The translations under genes and the position numbers were made by a program. 64,000 nt of DNA, taken from the NCBI GenBank assembly GCA_964383595.1, contig CAYLHL010000001.1, positions 42,676 to 106,675 of the forward strand, read 5' to 3'. Shown piece by piece: positions 19,943-29,110 of this stretch (the first letter of the stretch is position 1; each line of letters starts with the position of its first letter). The notes under the pieces are model-generated. The model saw only the letters and a program-made list of their open reading frames with translations, had not been told where the DNA came from and ran no database searches. This stretch comes from an uncultured Terracidiphilus sp. (GTDB lineage Bacteria; Acidobacteriota; Terriglobia; Terriglobales; Acidobacteriaceae).

Positions 19943-21586
19943 ATGCGAAGGAAAGGAATCGCTCAGTTCTTTGTGGCCTGGATGTTGCTCGCCGCATGTG
20001 TCGAGTGTGTGTATGCGCAGGCGCAGGACCCACTCATCGTCCGGATGGCCGCGAACGAGAATGCGATGCTGGCCCGCATCGGCAAACAAGCTCCTCTGGT
20101 CGAAACATATTTGCAGGTGGTGGCCAGGAATGGCGAAAGTCCGGTTTCGGATCGGTACTATCTGCACCGGATCGACCTTGGCAGTGCGATCCGGGAGACC
20201 ATGTACGATCAACCAGAACGGCAACGCTCAAAGCTGTCAAATGCGTGGAAGTTCGCGGGTCTGTCGGTACGCCGCGCTCCCATATCGTTCAACTCCTCGG
20301 GATTCGTCGAAATGCTTTCTCCCGACATCCACGGGTTTGACCCCGGCAAATTCAAGTTTGAGTTCCTTCACAACGAATTCATCGGCAATGTGAAGGCCGC
20401 CGTCTACGATGTTTTCCCCGCGAAGGCTGGTTATTTTCGCGGCCGGTTCTGGATTGACGAGCACGGTAACCTGGTCCGTTTTACAGGAGTTTTCGCCGGT
20501 AACGGTTCCGGGTCTCATCCCCTATACCTGCATTTCGATTCATGGCGATTGAACGTCAAGCCGGGGGTCTGGCTACCGGCAGCCATCTACGTCGAGGAAC
20601 CTGTGCCGGAAGGAATTGTGCATGGCCAGATACGCATCTGGGGCTACGGCCTTGACGCCCGGCTTCACGATCCGCTGTCTTCGGTCACAGTCTCCGTGGA
20701 CGATGCCGTGGATCGCAGCGGCGACGGAACAGACATGGACCCGTTGGCGTCGCTGCAGGCGTGGAAGGATCTCGCCGCAAGCAACATCCTCGACAAGTTG
20801 GAACGCGCCGGTATTCTCGCCCCGCACAGCAGCTTCGATAGCGTTCTCGATCAGATTGTGGTCAACCTGAGCGTTCCGAACGATCTGACATTCGCAGAAC
20901 CCGTCCATTGCCGCGTCATGCTAACCACGCCCATCGAAGCGACAACCGTGGGCAACACAATCCTCATCAGCAAGGGGCTCATCGAAACACTTCCCAACGA
21001 GGAAGCGATCGCTTCGGTGGTCGCATTCGAGCTCGCCCACGTAATTCAAAGCAACACTGTGGACACACGCTACTCCTTTGCGGACAGAACGATGTTCCCA
21101 GACCGGAAAGTCAGTAGAGACCTCAACCTCGCGCATTCAGGCAAGGAAGATGAGAAGGCGGCAGAAGTCGCCGTAAACCTTATTAAGAAGAGCATGTACG
21201 GGGACAAGCTGGGAGGCATCGGCTTGTACTACCAACAAATGGCCCTTGGCATTGGAAAGCTAAATGGGCTGTATAGGCCGGAAACGGGAGATTCGCTGAT
21301 CTCACCGACCGGGAAGCCGTGGCTGCTCGCGCTGCTCGCTGAGAAAAGTCCACGGCTCGAACCGGGAAACCCGCGTCAGCTCGCAGCTTTGCCGCTCGGC
21401 TCAAACCTGGTTGTCGATCCGTGGACCGGGGAAGTGCGGCTGAGCGATGCGCCCCGAGTGATGCCTCAGACGACCAGTGAAAAGCGGCCGTTTGAAGTTG
21501 TGCCCGTGTACTTTCGGCTGCGGGTTGCTCCGGAGGTCGCACTCGGCACTGGAAACGCTGACACGGTGACGGTTGCCGTCCGGTGA
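19943..21586 (+). CDS. Exported M48-peptidase-like protein with degenerate zinc motif
   Basis: ILISKGLIETLPNEEAIASVVAFELAH matches M48 context, but HExxH reads FELAH. Confidence 0.72.
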   Translation: MRRKGIAQFFVAWMLLAACVECVYAQAQDPLIVRMAANENAMLARIGKQAPLVETYLQVVARNGESPVSDRYYLHRIDLGSAIRETMYDQPERQRSKLSNAWKFAGLSVRRAPISFNSSGFVEMLSPDIHGFDPGKFKFEFLHNEFIGNVKAAVYDVFPAKAGYFRGRFWIDEHGNLVRFTGVFAGNGSGSHPLYLHFDSWRLNVKPGVWLPAAIYVEEPVPEGIVHGQIRIWGYGLDARLHDPLSSVTVSVDDAVDRSGDGTDMDPLASLQAWKDLAASNILDKLERAGILAPHSSFDSVLDQIVVNLSVPNDLTFAEPVHCRVMLTTPIEATTVGNTILISKGLIETLPNEEAIASVVAFELAHVIQSNTVDTRYSFADRTMFPDRKVSRDLNLAHSGKEDEKAAEVAVNLIKKSMYGDKLGGIGLYYQQMALGIGKLNGLYRPETGDSLISPTGKPWLLALLAEKSPRLEPGNPRQLAALPLGSNLVVDPWTGEVRLSDAPRVMPQTTSEKRPFEVVPVYFRLRVAPEVALGTGNADTVTVAVR

Positions 21587-21610
21587 TTGGTGTGCTTTGG
21601 GCTAGAACGA

Positions 21611-21639
21611 CAGAAGGCCGGTCCCGGACCGGCCTTCTG
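21611..21639. terminator. Hairpin between convergent genes
   Basis: CAGAAGGCCGGTC-ccg-GACCGGCCTTCTG, perfect 13-bp stem. Confidence 0.7.
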
Positions 21640-21676
21640 CGTCTCTGTCTCTTTGTTTCGGCTGGCTCGTAGCCGT

Positions 21677-22174
21677 TCACTTGATGGCTGCGACCTGAGT
21701 ATTGCGGTCCTTGAGCCATGCCGTGACCTGGTTACGCGCCACGGTATCATCCGACGTGTTGAGGATCACCCGCGCTAGAGTATCCGCAACGATGAACTTC
21801 GGTTCCGGCGTTGCCTTCGTGGGATGAATGAGCGCCCATCCCCGGATGTACGATACCCTCTTCGTCGTATCGACGGAAGCGCCGGAGGTCGGTGTCACGC
21901 TGAAGTAGTCAAAACCCTTCTTGGCTGTCCCGGTCGCGTGGACAACATCCTTCCACGTCTTCTCGTCGCAGACAATGTAGAAGGTCCAATTGGTGGGCCG
22001 AGGAAGTTGGTTGGCAATGGCCGCAAACGCGTCCACTTCAGTCCGGCAGACCGCCGTTGCTTTGTCGGTAGCTGTCTCGTGCGAGACCATGATGACGTGG
22101 TTAGGCTGCGCCAGGGTTACGAGTGGAGTCAGAACAACAAAAGCGAAAGCGATAAGGCAATTATGACGGGTCAT
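21677..22174 (-). CDS. Exported hypothetical protein
   Basis: AAGGAG RBS; signal peptide ending VTLA-Q. Confidence 0.7.
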   Translation of the reverse strand: MTRHNCLIAFAFVVLTPLVTLAQPNHVIMVSHETATDKATAVCRTEVDAFAAIANQLPRPTNWTFYIVCDEKTWKDVVHATGTAKKGFDYFSVTPTSGASVDTTKRVSYIRGWALIHPTKATPEPKFIVADTLARVILNTSDDTVARNQVTAWLKDRNTQVAAIK

Positions 22175-22274
22175 GGTAGCGTTCTCCTTACATTGGCTAC
22201 ATGGTTGTTATCGGCAAAACATGCCGTAAGACGAGTATTTGCAGCAGGTTGGCAGTTACTTAGGGAAGGTGCAG

Positions 22275-22517
22275 TTACGGCCTAAACTCGGTTTGTGGCT
22301 TTGTTTTCCCAGCGCCGCGCGCGCGCTGACGGGTGATTGCTATGGAAGACGGCTTTGCCTTTGGCTGCATCGTCTGAGACGGCTTCACCGGCGTGGTAGC
22401 GTGCTTTGAAGGAATGCAGGCGCCTATCAGCAAAATGCCGATCAGCACGGGCATCCAAATGGCGCGCACGATAGTTCTGGACCGAAGCGAATTGAAGAAA
22501 ATCTGTAGGGCGGTCAT
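22275..22517 (-). CDS. Small putative lipoprotein/membrane protein
   Basis: GGAGAGG RBS before MTALQ; hydrophobic stretch ending LIGAC; basic tail. Confidence 0.45.
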   Translation of the reverse strand: MTALQIFFNSLRSRTIVRAIWMPVLIGILLIGACIPSKHATTPVKPSQTMQPKAKPSSIAITRQRARGAGKTKPQTEFRP

Positions 22518-22944
22518 GCTGGAGTCCTCTCCGAAGGGGGCGATCCGAAATCCCCCGTCACAGCTAGCTGAGGGGGTTGAGGAGCGCCCAGGGGAGGACG
22601 CTCGCGTCGTGGGGGCGGCTTGAGGGGAACGACGCAAAGCAACCGAAGTGACAGCGCCTTTTGCTGGCACGCCGGGTGCAGTCGATTCCCGGCCCGAAAG
22701 GGCAAGCCGGCCGCACAGAGCGACCAGACCGCCTACAAGACTCAATTGCATTCGGTCTTGGAGATGCGCCGGATGTTGCCCGTGTTCGAGATTGCTTGGC
22801 GCTATTCTGCATTACGGCTGCTGCCGTCGAAGATGGCCATGGCGCAATCAGGACTGGATCAAGAACCATCGAGTCGTAGAGGATGAAGGTCACTGTGTCG
22901 TTCATAGATTCTTCCCAGTTCTTCTCGCTATCGTCTGTTCAACA

Positions 22945-22971
22945 AGAAAAGGGGCCGATGGCCCCTTTTCT
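22945..22971. terminator. Rho-independent terminator downstream of ssb (bidirectional-type)
   Basis: AGAAAAGGGGCC-gat-GGCCCCTTTTCT. Confidence 0.75.
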
Positions 22972-22987
22972 GCTGCTGCGCGGGTTG

Positions 22988-23440
22988 CTAGAACGGCGAA
23001 TCGTCGGTTAGCTCGGTGCCGTTGTCGGCCTCTACCGAAATCGGGGCGGTCCCGTTGTCGCTAGCCGGGTCTGGTGCTGCTTCATTGGGCGAGGAGGCCG
23101 GCCGACGGCTGAGCAGGGTGAAGCTATCGATGACGACCTGGGTAAAGTTGTGCTGCACATTGTCCTTGTCGGTCCACCGCCTGTATGCGAGGTGACCGAC
23201 CACATGGAGGGGATTGCCTTTCTTGACGTACTTTTTGATAACGTCGGCAGGCTTTTCGCCGTACATGACGAGGTTGTGCCAAGCGGTGGTTTCCTTCACT
23301 TCTCCCGTGCTTTTGTCCACATACTGGTTGTTGGTGGCCAGGGTAAAGCGTGCGACGGGAGTTCCGTTCGTGGTGTACTGGATCTTCGGATCGATTCCGA
23401 CGTTGCCTAGCAATATGGTGAGATTGACTGAACCGGCCAT
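22988..23440 (-). CDS. ssb: Single-stranded DNA-binding protein
   Basis: SVN..ILLGNVG.DP, ARFTLATN, TAWH, acidic DDSPF tail. Confidence 0.93.
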   Translation of the reverse strand: MAGSVNLTILLGNVGIDPKIQYTTNGTPVARFTLATNNQYVDKSTGEVKETTAWHNLVMYGEKPADVIKKYVKKGNPLHVVGHLAYRRWTDKDNVQHNFTQVVIDSFTLLSRRPASSPNEAAPDPASDNGTAPISVEADNGTELTDDSPF

Positions 23441-23500
23441 AGCAGCGTTGTTTCCTTTCTGATTGGGTTCGTGGAGGTTGATGTTTTGCGGCCAGCGAGT

Positions 23501-23992
23501 TTAGGCCGTCAGGGGAACGTGTTCGTTTTGAAGTTCATTCGTACCGCCCGCAAGCTGGCAGTTGAAACAATGCGTAAGGTAGGACAACACCTTCTCGGCG
23601 TCCTGGCCGAGGAGGGTTAAGCTACGAACGCGGTTGTCGTCCTGGTGAGTGATGAAAAGGCCGGCAATGAGGCCACCTGACTGCTGCAAGAATTCCAAGA
23701 GATCGGAACGGCTTGGCGAGTTGTAACCGGCGAGAAAATCTGTGACCGTCCTCGCCAGTTCGTCGGCGAAGACGAATGTTGTTGTCATGCAGGTTCCTTC
23801 ACACTTGCCGGGATCGGCACCCGATGGAGCGGGGGCGCTGATGGTGAGTTCAACGCGCACAGTGGAGGACTTTGGAGGATTGGGTTTGAGCTTTGCGACT
23901 TTGCAGAATTGCAAAATGGCTAGAACGACGAGTGCGTACAGCACGCAAATTGCGCTGAATACCACGAGAGAAGAAAGCGTTATGTGATGCAT
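23501..23992 (-). CDS. Membrane-anchored hypothetical protein
   Basis: GGAGG RBS before MHHITL; N-terminal hydrophobic helix. Confidence 0.55.
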   Translation of the reverse strand: MHHITLSSLVVFSAICVLYALVVLAILQFCKVAKLKPNPPKSSTVRVELTISAPAPSGADPGKCEGTCMTTTFVFADELARTVTDFLAGYNSPSRSDLLEFLQQSGGLIAGLFITHQDDNRVRSLTLLGQDAEKVLSYLTHCFNCQLAGGTNELQNEHVPLTA

Positions 23993-24667
23993 TCTGTCCT
24001 CCAGGATCTGGAGCAAGAGCGCAACCGTGTTGCGTGTCGAGAACGATGAGTGCCACCAACACCACGAACTCTTTGGAAGGCGAGCACTTGCCGGGGAGTT
24101 CGCTGACGATCCGTGGTAGAGCATCGGTGGTCCCGAATAGTCTGATCATTCGCATATTGCGCACTTGCGAGAATCGTATTAACTGTATCATACATCATTG
24201 ATGTATTATTTTATGAACGATAAAGTTTGATCGCACAGATGGGTGGACGTGTGCAAGGATCACTCGGTCAATTTTCTCCGGCTCTCGGCGGAGAAAGCTT
24301 GACCGTTCGTCCCACAATTTTGCTCAATCAGTGCCTGCCCTGCATCGCCACGGATCGTGTGTTTCGTTGCAGTGGCAACCAGATCATCGAAGCCCCGTGT
24401 GCGGTAATGTGCACGCCGCAAGATCGGGTCTCGGCTCAGGCACAATGACAATGGGTGGGCAATTGCTCCCATCATCAAGTTGCTTGTTGATGGTGCCATC
24501 CTCTTGTAGTCAAATGGGCGAATATATGACGAATATTGGAGCGCGGGCACGAGATTCAAGTGGCCAAGAGGATTCATGTGGGGGGATTCCCCTTCCCCTT
24601 GCTTGTTTTCGCGCCACCTTATGATGTCCAACCATGTATGCTGTATGCTGATCTATTGGACAATCAG

Positions 24668-24877
24668 ATGAACAACTCTTCTACCTCTCCGGTGCAGGAC
24701 CGATGGTTGTCGGTTGGAGAACTGGCTGGATACATTGGGATCAAGCGAGATACCGTCTACAAGTGGATTACGCGCCGCAATATGCCCGCTCACAAGGTAG
24801 GACGTCTTTGGAAATTTAGGAAAGAAGAGATTGACGGGTGGGTGAGGAGCGGTGCCGCAGGTGAGCGAGACAGATAG
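24668..24877 (+). CDS. Excisionase-like helix-turn-helix protein heading the BREX operon
   Basis: DRWLSV.ELA.Y.GIKRDTVYKW..MPAHKVGRLWKF. Confidence 0.85.
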   Translation: MNNSSTSPVQDRWLSVGELAGYIGIKRDTVYKWITRRNMPAHKVGRLWKFRKEEIDGWVRSGAAGERDR

Positions 24878-24880
24878 CCA

Positions 24881-25351
24881 ATGCAGACACAGAGCGCAGT
24901 GGATCAAATTCGGGAGCGTCTCTCTGGAATTGCCGACATTTACAACCGCCTGGTGCTTCTTGTAGGGCCTTCAGGCAGTGGTCGAACGGCCGCAATACGT
25001 TCGCTTGCGGATGCTGAAAAAGTTCCGGTGCTGAATGTGGGCACTGAAATTTCCCGGCTTCTTCTTGACTTGACCGAGCGCCAGCGCGTACTTCATTTGC
25101 CCAAATTGTTAGAGGGAGTGGTTGCGGCATCACCAAGCGATCTCGCTCTTCTGGACAATACTGAGGTTCTCTTTAATCCGGTCCTCAAGCAAGATCCTCT
25201 CCGTTTGTTGCAGGCGTTGTCCAGAGATAGAACGATCGTTGCCAGTTGGCTCGGTGACGTAGACGTTGGGTATTTGACCTACGCCGTGCCGGGGCACCCG
25301 GAATTTCGGCGGTATCCCTCAGCTGATCTTCTCACTGTCTGCCTCAGATAG
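24881..25351 (+). CDS. brxF: BREX-3 P-loop protein BrxF
   Basis: RLVLLVGPSGSG, LLDNTEVLF.P.LKQDPLRLLQ.LSR, YA.PGHPE; position in locus. Confidence 0.85.
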   Translation: MQTQSAVDQIRERLSGIADIYNRLVLLVGPSGSGRTAAIRSLADAEKVPVLNVGTEISRLLLDLTERQRVLHLPKLLEGVVAASPSDLALLDNTEVLFNPVLKQDPLRLLQALSRDRTIVASWLGDVDVGYLTYAVPGHPEFRRYPSADLLTVCLR

Positions 25352-25371
25352 GCCATGTAAGCCCGTGAAGG

Positions 25372-28300
25372 TTGAAGATGAAATACGGCGATTTAATTCA
25401 ATTCGAACCGATTGAGTCCGTGGTACAGCTCCGCAATGCGGATCAGTTGGATGCTGCGAAGCAACTCGTATCCACTTACGTCATCTCGGATGAGATGGCG
25501 GAGAAGTTGACATCCCTTGTCATTCCGGACATTCAGTTCGACACGCCTTCGGATAATAAGGGGCTGATGGTCGTGGGCAACTATGGCACAGGCAAGTCCC
25601 ACCTAATGTCGGTTCTTTCGGCGATCGCGGAAGATGCAGCCACGTTACCCTTAATTCGTTGCGCTCCAGTGGCCAAGGCGGCGCAACGGATCGCTGGCAA
25701 GTTTAAGGTGATCCGTACCGAGATCGGCGCAGTGACGATGTCCCTCCGGGACATCCTTACTGCGGAAATAGAAGAGCATCTCTCCAAGCTGGGCGTTAGC
25801 TTTACCTTTCCTTCTGCTGCTGCCATTACAAACAACAAGCGTGCCTTTGAGGACATGATGGCGGTATTCCAGCAGAAGTACCCCGACCAAGGTTTGCTTG
25901 TCGTTGTCGACGAACTGCTCGACTATTTGCGAAGCCGGAAAGATCAGGAACTGGTTCTCGATCTGAACTTTCTCCGCGAACTGGGAGAGGTTTGCAAAGA
26001 CCTGCGATTCCGATTCGTCGCCGGCCTCCAGGAGGCCATCTTTGACAGCCTGCGATTCTCGTTCGTCGCTGAGAGCCTACGTCGTGTAAAGGATCGTTTC
26101 GAGCAGATCCTGATCGCCCGGAGTGACGTGAAGTTTGTAGTCGCGGAGCGCCTCTTGCGAAAGACGCCCACGCAGGAAGCTCAGATTCGGGAGTACCTTC
26201 TGCCGTTCACGAGGTTTTACGGCAACATGAACGAGCGCCTGGACGAATTCGTGCGCCTCTTTCCGGTGCATCCGGATTATATCGATACCTTCGATAAGGT
26301 CACAGCGGTAGAGAAGCGAGAAGTGCTAAAGAGCCTTTCAATCGCGATGCGAAAGAGGCTGAATGATTCATTGCCAATAAATGAGCCAGGTTTGATCGCC
26401 TACGACAATTATTGGAACACTCTCCGCGAAAACCCATCGTTCCGCGCCGTCCCCGACATCCGTGCGGTCATCGATTGCAGCCAACTTCTTGAATCTCGTA
26501 TCGAAGCGGCTTTCCCCATCAAGCCTTTTAAGCCGATGGCACGGCGAATCATTCAAGCCCTTTCGGTAAACCGCCTCACGACCGGCGATATCCATGTTCC
26601 GGTTGGTCCCACCGCGACGGAGCTGCGCGATACTCTTTGCCTCTATCAAGCAGAAGTCGCGGCCATGGGCGGTGACGGGGCCGCAGACCTTCTGACTCAC
26701 GTTGAGAATGTAGTTGGCCAAATCAAGAGTACAGTCAGCGGTCAGTTCCTCTCGCAGAATCAGGAAAATGGCCAAATCTACCTCGACCTGAAGAAGACTG
26801 AGGACTACGACGCGCTAATTGAGAAGCGTGCCGAATCACTGGATTCCACTCAACTGGATCGCTATTACTACGAAGCGCTAAAACGAGTGATGGAATGCAC
26901 GGACCAGACTTATGTCAGCGGGTACCGCATTTGGGAACACGAATTGGAATGGATCGAGCGCAAGGTCGCTCGCCGCGGTTACCTCTTCTTCGGCGCGCCA
27001 AATGAGCGTTCGACGGCGGCGCCGCCTCGCGATTTCTACCTGTACTTCCTTCAACCTTTCGATCCGCCGCGGTACCAGGACGAGAAGAGGAAAGATGACG
27101 TATTCTTTCGGCTCAACCTCACTGTCGGCGATGACGAATTCCGCACAATCCTCCGAAGTTACGCAGCGGCGGTTAATCTCGGATCGACATCCTCGGGGAA
27201 TGCGAAGGACACGTACGAGCGAAAAGGAACGGGATTTCTGAGGGATTTGGTCAAATGGCTACAAGATCACATGACCACGGCCTTCGAAGTCACGTATCAG
27301 GGAAAGGCGAAACCCCTGCTGGGCTGGGCGAAAGGTAAACCGCTCGGTAGTGGCGGCCGAATCAATGTGCGGGATGTTGTGAATACGGTTGCCTCGGCGT
27401 GCTTGGCACCGCATTTTGAAGATATCGCACCGAATTATCCCTCGTTTTCGCTCCTGATCACCACAGCGAACCGTGAGTTGGCAACCCAGGATGCCCTCAA
27501 AGCCATTGCCGGCGGTCCGCGGACGAAGGTCGGCACAGCCGTGCTCGAAGCATTGGAGTTGCTTGACGGTGAGCGGTTGGATGCGGCGAAGTCAAAGTTC
27601 GCCTGCCAAGTTGTCGATGCGTTGAAGAAGAAGGGGCACGGTCAAGTTGTAAACCGGAGTGAGCTGGTTCATGAAGTGCACGGGGTCGAGTATTTCGCAC
27701 CTGAAACCTGTCGCCTAGAACCAGAGTGGCTCGTCGTCTTGCTTGCTGCGCTCGTGCATTCCGGTGATCTTGTTCTCGCCGTTCCCGGCAGGAAACTCGA
27801 CGCAACTAATATCGCCCAGTTGACAGCAACGCCTCTCGACGAACTGATCAACTTCAAGCACATCGAGCGGCCGAAAGACTGGAACCTGCCTGCGCTGAAG
27901 GCATTGTTTGAGCTATTGAGCCAGCCTCCTGGACTTGCGCAGGCGCTCACGCAGGGTGGTGAACAGGCCGGCGGTGCGGTAAAGACTCTGGCAGGTGAAT
28001 CCAAGAAGCTTACTGAGCGGATAGTTCATGCGCAGCAAGTGCTGCAAGGCGGGTTGAAACTCTGGGCACGCAATCTGCTTTCTCCTGAAGATTCCGATGC
28101 ACTGCGTGTGCGGATGGATGTTACCAAGCAGTTTCTTGAATCACTTCAGGCATATACCAGTGCCGGACAACTCAAGAACTTCCGCGATGAGCCGCAGGCT
28201 ATTTCCGCCAAACGTGATGGCTTAGAAGTACTGAAACAAGTTGAATCGTTCCAGATGATCGCCGCTGAATTCGGACCACTCGCATCCTATCTCGCTGCTG

Positions 28301-29103
28301 CCGAAATGGCGCTGCCCAGCGATCATGCGTGGATCAAGAAGATTCAGGCCGTTCGGCAGGAGCTGCTGTCGGATATGTTGGACGCCGGGAAGCGGCAATC
28401 GCATTCATTTCATCAAGAAGGTCTTCAAAAGCTGTCCAGCTTGAAGAAGGACTATTCAGAGTTGTATGTGGCCGCTCACGGCCGCGCACGACTGGGTGCG
28501 AAAGACGATAAGTTGAAGGCGCGACTGTCAACGGATGCTCGGCTGGGACAGTTGCAGAGACTTTCGACCATTGAACTAATGCCGAGGCAGCAGCTCAGCG
28601 ACTACCAGAACCGTCTAGCCAGTCTCCGAACTTGCTTCGCGCTAACGCAGCCGGATCTTGATGCTTCCCCTGTTTGCCCGCACTGCAATTTCCGGTTGGT
28701 TTCCGAACCTGATTCTGTTTTCGCGAGTCAGGCAATCAGGAAGTTGGAGGAGGAGTTGGACCGGCTGTACGACGGTTGGACAAAGACTCTTCTGAACAAC
28801 CTGGAAGATCCCACGACTCAGCAGAATCTTGGATTGCTGAAATCGGCGCCCAGGAAGATCGTTGACGCGTTCTTGACAGCGTCTGTCCTTCCAGATGATG
28901 TGAGTCATGACTTTGTCGCTGCTCTTCAGGAGGCCCTATCGGGCCTATCGAAGGTTATCGTAACTGCCGATGCGCTTCGTGCTGCGCTACTTGCCAACGG
29001 TTCGCCATCTACAGTGCCGGAATTGAAGAAGCGCTTCGACGATTACCTCGTCGAGATTGTCAAAGGCAAGGACGCATCAAAGGTCAGGATTGTTTTGGAG
29101 TAG
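25372..29103 (+). CDS. brxC: BREX-3 ATPase BrxC/PglY (DUF6079-type)
   Basis: Walker A GNYGTGKS, Walker [12 protein letters not shown]-terminal CPHC; 1243 aa. Confidence 0.85.
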   Translation: MKMKYGDLIQFEPIESVVQLRNADQLDAAKQLVSTYVISDEMAEKLTSLVIPDIQFDTPSDNKGLMVVGNYGTGKSHLMSVLSAIAEDAATLPLIRCAPVAKAAQRIAGKFKVIRTEIGAVTMSLRDILTAEIEEHLSKLGVSFTFPSAAAITNNKRAFEDMMAVFQQKYPDQGLLVVVDELLDYLRSRKDQELVLDLNFLRELGEVCKDLRFRFVAGLQEAIFDSLRFSFVAESLRRVKDRFEQILIARSDVKFVVAERLLRKTPTQEAQIREYLLPFTRFYGNMNERLDEFVRLFPVHPDYIDTFDKVTAVEKREVLKSLSIAMRKRLNDSLPINEPGLIAYDNYWNTLRENPSFRAVPDIRAVIDCSQLLESRIEAAFPIKPFKPMARRIIQALSVNRLTTGDIHVPVGPTATELRDTLCLYQAEVAAMGGDGAADLLTHVENVVGQIKSTVSGQFLSQNQENGQIYLDLKKTEDYDALIEKRAESLDSTQLDRYYYEALKRVMECTDQTYVSGYRIWEHELEWIERKVARRGYLFFGAPNERSTAAPPRDFYLYFLQPFDPPRYQDEKRKDDVFFRLNLTVGDDEFRTILRSYAAAVNLGSTSSGNAKDTYERKGTGFLRDLVKWLQDHMTTAFEVTYQGKAKPLLGWAKGKPLGSGGRINVRDVVNTVASACLAPHFEDIAPNYPSFSLLITTANRELATQDALKAIAGGPRTKVGTAVLEALELLDGERLDAAKSKFACQVVDALKKKGHGQVVNRSELVHEVHGVEYFAPETCRLEPEWLVVLLAALVHSGDLVLAVPGRKLDATNIAQLTATPLDELINFKHIERPKDWNLPALKALFELLSQPPGLAQALTQGGEQAGGAVKTLAGESKKLTERIVHAQQVLQGGLKLWARNLLSPEDSDALRVRMDVTKQFLESLQAYTSAGQLKNFRDEPQAISAKRDGLEVLKQVESFQMIAAEFGPLASYLAAAEMALPSDHAWIKKIQAVRQELLSDMLDAGKRQSHSFHQEGLQKLSSLKKDYSELYVAAHGRARLGAKDDKLKARLSTDARLGQLQRLSTIELMPRQQLSDYQNRLASLRTCFALTQPDLDASPVCPHCNFRLVSEPDSVFASQAIRKLEEELDRLYDGWTKTLLNNLEDPTTQQNLGLLKSAPRKIVDAFLTASVLPDDVSHDFVAALQEALSGLSKVIVTADALRAALLANGSPSTVPELKKRFDDYLVEIVKGKDASKVRIVLE

Positions 29104-29110
29104 GCGCGTC

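Noticed and set aside
22625..22645. c-di-GMP-I riboswitch suggested by GACGCAAAGC
   Set aside because: The upstream GGCAAAC..GAAA stem is absent; same for the 39.9-kb copy
22564..22905. 113-aa ORF downstream of ssb
   Set aside because: Begins after a strong terminator, runs through a hairpin-rich tract and has no recognisable motif
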